Source: Spirochaetales bacterium (GTDB lineage: Bacteria; Spirochaetota; Spirochaetia; SZUA-6; DRHE01). Taken from it: a stretch of DNA of 64,000 bases. The DNA is taken from the NCBI GenBank assembly GCA_030615505.1, contig JAUWZD010000008.1:104-64103 (forward strand), in the 5' to 3' direction. The first letter of the stretch is position 1; every line of letters starts with the position of its first letter. Shown here piece after piece: positions 58,296 to 64,000 of the stretch. The position numbers and the translations under genes were made by a program. The notes under the pieces were generated by a model. The model worked only from the letters and a program-made list of their open reading frames with translations. It was not told the origin of the DNA and did no database searches.

Positions 58296-58655
58296 TTATT
58301 TGGACTGTTTTTTCCGTATCAGTTCTGCAACCTTGGCTGATTTGCCTACCCGATCCCGGATATAGTAGAGCTTTGATCTTCTAACTCTTCCAAAGCGGAT
58401 AACCTCAATTTTCTGTAACCGGGGAGAATTTAAAGGGAAGGTCCTCTCTACACCCACACCGTAGGAGATCTTTCGCATTTTGAATGTCTTCCTCACACCT
58501 GATCTTTTTTTACTCAGGCAGATGCCCTCAAATATCTGCACCCTCTCAGTTTTGCCCTCTACAATCTTGTAATGAACGCGCAGGGTGTCTCCTATGTTGA
58601 AGTCTTGAAGATCGTTTCTTAACTGTTCTGATTCTATTGCTTTAATCTTGTCCAT
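58296..58655 (-). CDS. rplS: 50S ribosomal protein L19
   Basis: L19 signature IQIFEG...[13 protein letters not shown]. 119 aa. Confidence 0.95.
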   Translation of the reverse strand: MDKIKAIESEQLRNDLQDFNIGDTLRVHYKIVEGKTERVQIFEGICLSKKRSGVRKTFKMRKISYGVGVERTFPLNSPRLQKIEVIRFGRVRRSKLYYIRDRVGKSAKVAELIRKKQSK

Positions 58656-59430
58656 CCTGTTTTTCTCCCTTTCTTATTTTCTCCAAAACTTTAAGAATAT
58701 CCGGATGGAGATTCTTTTTTTTAAGTAGTTCCGGTCGATTTATCAATGTTTTCTCAATGCTCTTCTCTAGCCTCCAGCATGCAATTTTAGCATGGTGACC
58801 TGAAAGTAGAATTTCCGGAACCATGCTGCCCCTGAACTCATAGGGCCTGGTATATTGTGGATACTCTAAAAGTCCCTTTCGAAAGCTTTCTTCCTCTAAG
58901 GAATCCTCAGTAATAACGCCTTCTATCAGCCTGGCCACTGCATCTATCAAAACCATAGCGGCAGTCTCTCCGCCGGAGAGGATGTAATCTCCAACAGATA
59001 TCTCATCAGTCACATAGGTATCAATAATCCTCTGATCGATCCCTTCGTAGCGCCCGCATATCAAGATAATTTCTCTGAAAGATAAAGCTGCAAGCTTCTC
59101 CGCATACTCCTGATTAAACAATCTCCCCGAGGGAGTAAGATAGATAACCCTTTTATTCTCAGTCTGATTACTGGTACTCACCTTTTGGCCGGCAGACCAG
59201 AAGCAGCCGACTGAGTCTAACGCACCTGCCAGAGGTTCAGGTTTGAGCACTAACCCTGCGCCGCCCCCGTATGTGTAATCATCACAACTGTGATGCCTGT
59301 CCGTGGCATAATCACGAATATTTACCAAATTCAACTCGATTAAGCCCCTGGTAATTGCCTTGCCCAGTATCGACGACTCTAAGTAACCCTGAAAAATCTC
59401 CGGGAAAAGAGTAAGTATATGAAAGATCAC
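58642..59430 (-). CDS. trmD: tRNA (guanine37-N1)-methyltransferase
   Basis: [13 protein letters not shown]...SPOUT knot. 262 aa. Confidence 0.9.
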   Translation of the reverse strand: MIFHILTLFPEIFQGYLESSILGKAITRGLIELNLVNIRDYATDRHHSCDDYTYGGGAGLVLKPEPLAGALDSVGCFWSAGQKVSTSNQTENKRVIYLTPSGRLFNQEYAEKLAALSFREIILICGRYEGIDQRIIDTYVTDEISVGDYILSGGETAAMVLIDAVARLIEGVITEDSLEEESFRKGLLEYPQYTRPYEFRGSMVPEILLSGHHAKIACWRLEKSIEKTLINRPELLKKKNLHPDILKVLEKIRKGEKQDGQD

Positions 59431-59927
59431 GGGAGCGTGAACTCCTCTTTCAGGAGTATCCTTTTCTCTTTGACATCGATTTCACCCACAAAGTGGTCGA
59501 TCATTGGGATCATAATCGTTTTTCCGCTTAAGCTTTCCACTTCAAGAATATCCGCAGCACTTCCTTCGCACACTGATTTCACACGTCCGATTTCTTTATA
59601 CCCCCTGTATACCCGGCAATTATATATATCAGCCAAGTAATACTCACCTTCTTTCAAGGGGCTGGCATCCTGTCTGGAGGCCCAGACCTCCAGGCCTCTG
59701 TAATCCCTGGCAATTTCCGGTGTGTCAATACCCTCAAGCTTCATAAGTATACAGGAAGATAATTTTTTTACCGATTGCACTGCAAAGGGTATAAATCTGT
59801 TTTTCTTACGAATATATACCCTTTTTATACGAAAGAAATGGTCAACTTCGCCGGATAAGCTTTTGACCTTCAGATTGCCCTTTAATCCATGACTCGTTTT
59901 GATCAGGCCAATAGCAAGCCGATCCAT
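59427..59927 (-). CDS. rimM: 16S rRNA processing protein RimM
   Basis: IGLIKTSHGLKGNLKV... PRC barrel. Confidence 0.85.
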   Translation of the reverse strand: MDRLAIGLIKTSHGLKGNLKVKSLSGEVDHFFRIKRVYIRKKNRFIPFAVQSVKKLSSCILMKLEGIDTPEIARDYRGLEVWASRQDASPLKEGEYYLADIYNCRVYRGYKEIGRVKSVCEGSAADILEVESLSGKTIMIPMIDHFVGEIDVKEKRILLKEEFTLP

Positions 59928-59941
59928 CAGCCAGGAATTTC

Positions 59942-60175
59942 CTAATCAAGAATCTCCAGGACAACTCTCTTGCCGGATTTGGTTGAGGAAGCACTTAAAA
60001 TTGTCCTGATAGCTCTTGCAATTCTTCCTTGTTTTCCGATCACTTTACCGATATCGTCGTCCGAAACTCTCAGTTCTAGAATAGTCGATTTTTCCCCTTC
60101 GATCATGTTTACGCTGACCCCGCCTGGGTCGTCCACCAGAGATTTCGCTATGTATTCAACCAGTTCTTTTTCCAC
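59942..60175 (-). CDS. KH-domain RNA-binding protein (UPF0109/YlqC-like)
   Basis: 77 aa with KH GxxG motif ([13 protein letters not shown]). Confidence 0.85.
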   Translation of the reverse strand: MEKELVEYIAKSLVDDPGGVSVNMIEGEKSTILELRVSDDDIGKVIGKQGRIARAIRTILSASSTKSGKRVVLEILD

Positions 60176-60201
60176 ATGTGCCTCCTTTTTATTTGTATGA
60201 T

Positions 60202-60453
60202 CTACTTAATATGGAAATTCAAATTATTTAGAAGTTTCCTAACTGTTTCACTGGGCTGAGCGCCCCTGTCCAGCCAGTGTCGAATACGATCCTCCTTTAT
60301 CTTGATCTGTTTATCTTCTATTTCAATTGGATGGTAGAAACCTACCTCTTCGATAGTTCTTCCATCGCGGGGCTTCCTGGAATCCATAACCACAATTCTA
60401 AAGTATGGCCTCCGCTTTGTACCAAACCTCTTCAACCTGATTCGTACACTCAT
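60202..60453 (-). CDS. rpsP: 30S ribosomal protein S16
   Basis: [26 protein letters not shown]... Confidence 0.95.
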   Translation of the reverse strand: MSVRIRLKRFGTKRRPYFRIVVMDSRKPRDGRTIEEVGFYHPIEIEDKQIKIKEDRIRHWLDRGAQPSETVRKLLNNLNFHIK

Positions 60454-60502
60454 CTTATTCCTCCTTCACACTTACGACCTTTAGGACATCCCTTAAGTCC
60501 AT

Positions 60503-61834
60503 TTAAGAAAGCATAATGCTTTGAGCCTTTTTATTTTTTACCATCTTCTTCATCATTAACCGGGTTTTTTCAAATTTTTTCAAGAGTCTGTTCACATTAT
60601 AAACCGATGTGCCGCTGCCTTTAGCTACTCGTTTTTTTCGGCTGGGTCCAATGATACGGTGATTTCTCCTTTCTGAAGGTGTCATGGACAGAATAATAGC
60701 TTCATCCCTCTCAAGCTCCTGCTCATCTATACTGTCCTCGTTTATAGCTCCTTTGGCCCCCGGGATCATTTCAATGAGAGACTGGATACTTCCCATCTTT
60801 CGAACCTGTCTGAACTGATCCAGATAATCCTCCAGGGTAAAGGTCTCTTTAGCGATACGTTCCCGAAGCTCAGCAGCTTCCTGTGCATCGATGATGCCTT
60901 GAGCCTTTTCAATCAAAGAAATCATATCACCCATACCGAGAATTCTTGAAGCGATACGATCAGGATAAAAGGGTTCTAAAGCATCCAGCTTCTCTCCGGT
61001 TCCTATATACTTAATAGGCCTTCCGGTTATGCTCTTGATTGAGAGAGCAACTCCACCACGGGCATCCGAGTCGAACTTGCTTAATATGATCCCTGTCAAT
61101 CCCAGGCGCTCATTAAATGTTTTGGCAATATCTACAGCGTTTTGCCCGGTCATGGCATCGGCAACTAAGAGAGTTTCATCTGGCTGAACGCTCTTTTTAA
61201 TCTCCTCAATCTCCGCCATCATCTCCTTATCGATCTGGAGTCTTCCGGAAGTATCAATTATTACCGTATCAAACTGCTGTTTAGCGGCATATTTAATAGA
61301 GTTTGAGGATAGCTTTGCCGGATTTTTTACAGGCCTTCCATCCTCCCCCTGCTTATAAACGACAACACCTGCTCTCTCTGCAAGTATTGAGAGCTGTTCT
61401 ATTGCAGCAGGCCGAACCAGGTCTGCAGCTACCAGCAGCGGTTTCCTCCCCATGTTCTTAAGCTGAACGGCCAGCTTAGCTGCACTGGTCGTTTTGCCGC
61501 ATCCCTGAAGTCCCAGGAGAAGAATAACAGATTGAGTATCAGGACCCTTCAACTTGAGGTCTTGACGGCTGTCCCCGAGGAAAGAAATGAGTTTTTCATG
61601 AACGATCTTAATAAACTGCTGACCCGGGGAAACAGATTTTAAAACCTTCTCTCCTAATGCCTCCTCGCTCGTCCGGTTAATGAAGCGCCGAACAACTCTT
61701 AAGTTGACATCCGCATCCAGAAGAGCAATTTTAATTTCACTTATGGCATCCTGGATATTCTTCTCAGAGATGTGGGCCTTGCCCGCAATCTGACGAGTAA
61801 TATCTGTTAATTTTGCAGCCAGTCTATCAAGCAT
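60503..61834 (-). CDS. ffh: Signal recognition particle protein Ffh
   Basis: N, G (GLQGCGKTTSAAKLA, DTSGR) and M domains. Confidence 0.95.
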   Translation of the reverse strand: MLDRLAAKLTDITRQIAGKAHISEKNIQDAISEIKIALLDADVNLRVVRRFINRTSEEALGEKVLKSVSPGQQFIKIVHEKLISFLGDSRQDLKLKGPDTQSVILLLGLQGCGKTTSAAKLAVQLKNMGRKPLLVAADLVRPAAIEQLSILAERAGVVVYKQGEDGRPVKNPAKLSSNSIKYAAKQQFDTVIIDTSGRLQIDKEMMAEIEEIKKSVQPDETLLVADAMTGQNAVDIAKTFNERLGLTGIILSKFDSDARGGVALSIKSITGRPIKYIGTGEKLDALEPFYPDRIASRILGMGDMISLIEKAQGIIDAQEAAELRERIAKETFTLEDYLDQFRQVRKMGSIQSLIEMIPGAKGAINEDSIDEQELERDEAIILSMTPSERRNHRIIGPSRKKRVAKGSGTSVYNVNRLLKKFEKTRLMMKKMVKNKKAQSIMLS

Positions 61835-61894
61835 AATTGATAAGAATATATACCGATAAATAGCCTAATTGTCAACTGGTACTGGTTATGCTCT

Positions 61895-63391
61895 CTATCG
61901 GATATGGAAAAAATATCTATCCAGATACCTGGTCCGCCTGTATGATTCTTCTGCATGTACGCTCTCGGGATATTCATCATACACCTTTTGATAAAAATCC
62001 CGGGATTTAAGTAAATCTCTGTATGAAGAATCCTGCTCGTAGAGACAGGCCAGCATGAAATAGACCTCATCCAGATTTATTACATACCTGCTCCTGTACT
62101 CATCAAGCAGGTTGAGAACCAAACCATACCGACCGTTTTTTAATTGAAATCGGGCCGCATCTAACAGCTCATTCTCAATAGAAAGCGAATTCAGGGATAG
62201 AAAAGATTCTAGATAATCCAGTAGAAGAGCGGAATCACCTAAAACTGAGCTTGAGCGAACAATTCCTAACACTGCTTTTTCCCGATACTGTTTTGAAGCA
62301 AGCAGGTTTTTTTTAAAAAATTTAACTGCAGCCTCATGCTCACCTGTCTCAGCATAAATTGCAGCCAGCCGGTCATTTACATATGGATTTCCCTCCCGGT
62401 AATCTTTTAAGAATTCGATCAAGGCAGATCTGTACTCCCCCAGTGTGAATAATCTTTCCGCATGCACATACCGGGTATTGTCCTCCGGTTCCGCAGCGAT
62501 GAGGTTCGAGCCTCCTGCAATGAGAGACGTAAATTCTTCATCCTTAACAACACTCAGATGTACTACCTCAATATTGCTGGTGCCCAGACTGTTATCCTGC
62601 AGCTGAAACTTCAACTCGTACTTCCCAAAATTGTCAGCCTGAAAACTGAAAGATGTTTTTGCCTGTGTTGAATCTCTTGAAATAAATGAAACTCCCTGTA
62701 ATCTTTTCCCATCAGGTGAGCCAAGGAAGATCCAGCCCTTGCCATCCAGATTAATCTCCAGGTAGTCCCCCTTTCTGGCAAAAATTCCTCTGTGACTCTC
62801 CTTTTCGACCACAACATCTTTAACAATGGGAGCTATTGGCTCATCGTTTCTAATAACTGTTTTACTAACCTTCTTTTTGGTCTTACTCGCTAATTTTGCA
62901 GGCACATTTTTTTCAGGCAGTTTACTTTCCCGGGTCTGCTTTAGTTTTTTAGGTTCAAATTCTAACCTTCTTTCCAGGGAGCTTAAGTTTACAGAATTTA
63001 TTAAAGCATTCGCCTTAACAACAGGTAGGGGATAGTCATGGGATGCAGCCTTCTTCATGGGAGATGAGAAAAATCTTCTCTGATAAATCGAATCCGGCTC
63101 CGGTAAATCCAGATAGGGCAGAGGCAATTCCTGAAGGCCTGCGCAGGGGTTCTTTTTCTCCTCCTCCCGGCAAATTGGGCGGCTTACGGAAAGATCCCAG
63201 GTTTCCTCTGAGGCTTCCGTTTTTTGAGCTTGCTCAATCGCCCCGGTTTTGCCTTCCGTCTCCTTTCCCAAATTCTCTTCTCTCAATTGCTCACCGGCCG
63301 GATGAATTCCCTTAAGCAGACCAGTCATGCTTTGGCAACCTGTGAAAACAACGATGATTACAGAGATCAGGAAAAAAATCTTTTTTTTCAT
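61895..63391 (-). CDS. Lipoprotein with C-terminal TPR-like helical domain, hypothetical
   Basis: Lipobox VVFTGC. 498 aa. Confidence 0.6.
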   Translation of the reverse strand: MKKKIFFLISVIIVVFTGCQSMTGLLKGIHPAGEQLREENLGKETEGKTGAIEQAQKTEASEETWDLSVSRPICREEEKKNPCAGLQELPLPYLDLPEPDSIYQRRFFSSPMKKAASHDYPLPVVKANALINSVNLSSLERRLEFEPKKLKQTRESKLPEKNVPAKLASKTKKKVSKTVIRNDEPIAPIVKDVVVEKESHRGIFARKGDYLEINLDGKGWIFLGSPDGKRLQGVSFISRDSTQAKTSFSFQADNFGKYELKFQLQDNSLGTSNIEVVHLSVVKDEEFTSLIAGGSNLIAAEPEDNTRYVHAERLFTLGEYRSALIEFLKDYREGNPYVNDRLAAIYAETGEHEAAVKFFKKNLLASKQYREKAVLGIVRSSSVLGDSALLLDYLESFLSLNSLSIENELLDAARFQLKNGRYGLVLNLLDEYRSRYVINLDEVYFMLACLYEQDSSYRDLLKSRDFYQKVYDEYPESVHAEESYRRTRYLDRYFFHIR

Positions 63392-63420
63392 TTCGTTCCC
63401 CTCCCAGAATAATTCCTAAC

Positions 63421-63795
63421 CTAAGGGATATCCTTAAAAATATCCTCTATCCTTCTATCATTTTCCTCCATTATTATGTTTAAAGCAATTTCATCCAGGG
63501 GAATCCAGAATCTATTAACCTGTTCATCACCCCATTTTTCCATCTGCTCTCTTAAGAGATATATTTCAGCAGGCTTGTCCTGATTCGGATTCTCAAGCTG
63601 GAAATCGTTTAGAGTTAATCCCTTTTGAATAGATGTTTCTGACTTGTATTGTGGCTTCCATGTCACGGCAGCTGGTATTTGATTTTGTCCTGTACCTCTC
63701 ATAAGAATAATGAATGTAATCAATGAAGAGAGAAAAAATAAACCTACAAGCAGAGGTATAATCCACCTGTGATCAGGCAGTATTCTTTTCCTCAA
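63421..63795 (-). CDS. Small membrane-anchored hypothetical protein
   Basis: One N-terminal TM helix. The start overlaps the smc 3' end. Confidence 0.45.
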   Translation of the reverse strand: MRKRILPDHRWIIPLLVGLFFLSSLITFIILMRGTGQNQIPAAVTWKPQYKSETSIQKGLTLNDFQLENPNQDKPAEIYLLREQMEKWGDEQVNRFWIPLDEIALNIIMEENDRRIEDIFKDIP

Positions 63796-64000
63796 GCTTA
63801 TTCTCCAATCGCAGAGTAACTATTTTGGAGACTCCCGACTCCTCCATTGTAACACCTAACAGATTATTTGCACAGGCAATAGTCTTCTTATTATGGGTGA
63901 TCACTAAGAATTGAGAGTTTCCTGAGAATTCCTTTAAAATATTTACAAAATGTATCACATTCTGATCATCAAGCGCCGCGTCTATTTCATCAAGTATACA
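63773..64000 (-). CDS. smc: Chromosome segregation protein SMC, C-terminal end (partial at window edge)
   Basis: ...MIHFVNILKEFSGNSQFLVITHNKKTIACANNLLGVTMEESGVSKIV matches the SMC D-loop/H-loop C-terminus. Confidence 0.8.
   Translation of the reverse strand, partial: CILDEIDAALDDQNVIHFVNILKEFSGNSQFLVITHNKKTIACANNLLGVTMEESGVSKIVTLRLENKLEEKNTA

Noticed and set aside
1-64000. CRISPR arrays, IS elements/transposases, integrases, rRNA genes
   Set aside because: I looked for short regularly spaced direct repeats, DDE or tyrosine-recombinase-like translations and rRNA-like conserved blocks. None were seen.

Overview
This 64-kb window is a compact, mostly housekeeping chromosomal segment with a spirochete-like character: a periplasmic-flagellin flaB gene, many Cys-lipobox lipoproteins and TPR proteins, and about 45% GC. 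All calls rest on reading the supplied six-frame translations and the raw sequence by eye; no searches were run.

An approximately 8.5-kb cell-shape operon lies between about 17.9 and 26.4 kb (mreB-mreC-mreD-mrdA-rodA plus a fused radical-SAM/DUF2344 gene). The remaining core content, in order:
- An RNase P RNA gene (rnpB) on the minus strand that the ORF track cannot show.
- A COG1579 zinc-ribbon gene, rpoD, dnaG and mltG, preceded by a 1325-aa protein with eight FlgD-Ig-like repeats and a C-terminal OmpA domain.
- An MBL-fold hydrolase and YkgJ pair, then tRNA-Tyr and tRNA-Thr with no encoded CCA.
- map, glgA, aroH, an Fe-alcohol dehydrogenase, an SPFH/HIT pair, thiN and flaB.
- cca, rnc, acpP, rpmF, coaD, a PadR regulator, yraN, an intact HD-GYP gene, ylqG/flhB-like genes, and the rplS-trmD-rimM-KH-rpsP-ffh cluster.
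- The 3' end of smc at the window edge.

The most unusual region is 0.7-13.4 kb: an eight-gene, stop/start-overlapping operon encoding a TPR lipoprotein, a small lipoprotein, a TolC-like outer-membrane factor, a long-hairpin membrane-fusion adaptor, two paralogous Ig-like (SbsA/Big_5-type) lipoproteins and two tandem RND permeases. Both permeases show a non-canonical TM4 motif (D-N and D-S where AcrB has D-D).

A second notable locus (15.0-17.9 kb) is a decaying island:
- a vapBC pair whose vapC is frameshifted, with a multi-half-site operator;
- fragments of PAS, PP2C, HD-GYP and histidine-kinase genes lying in both orientations.

No CRISPR array, transposase or rRNA was seen. Every homology call is by-eye recognition and should be confirmed with HMM or BLAST searches.
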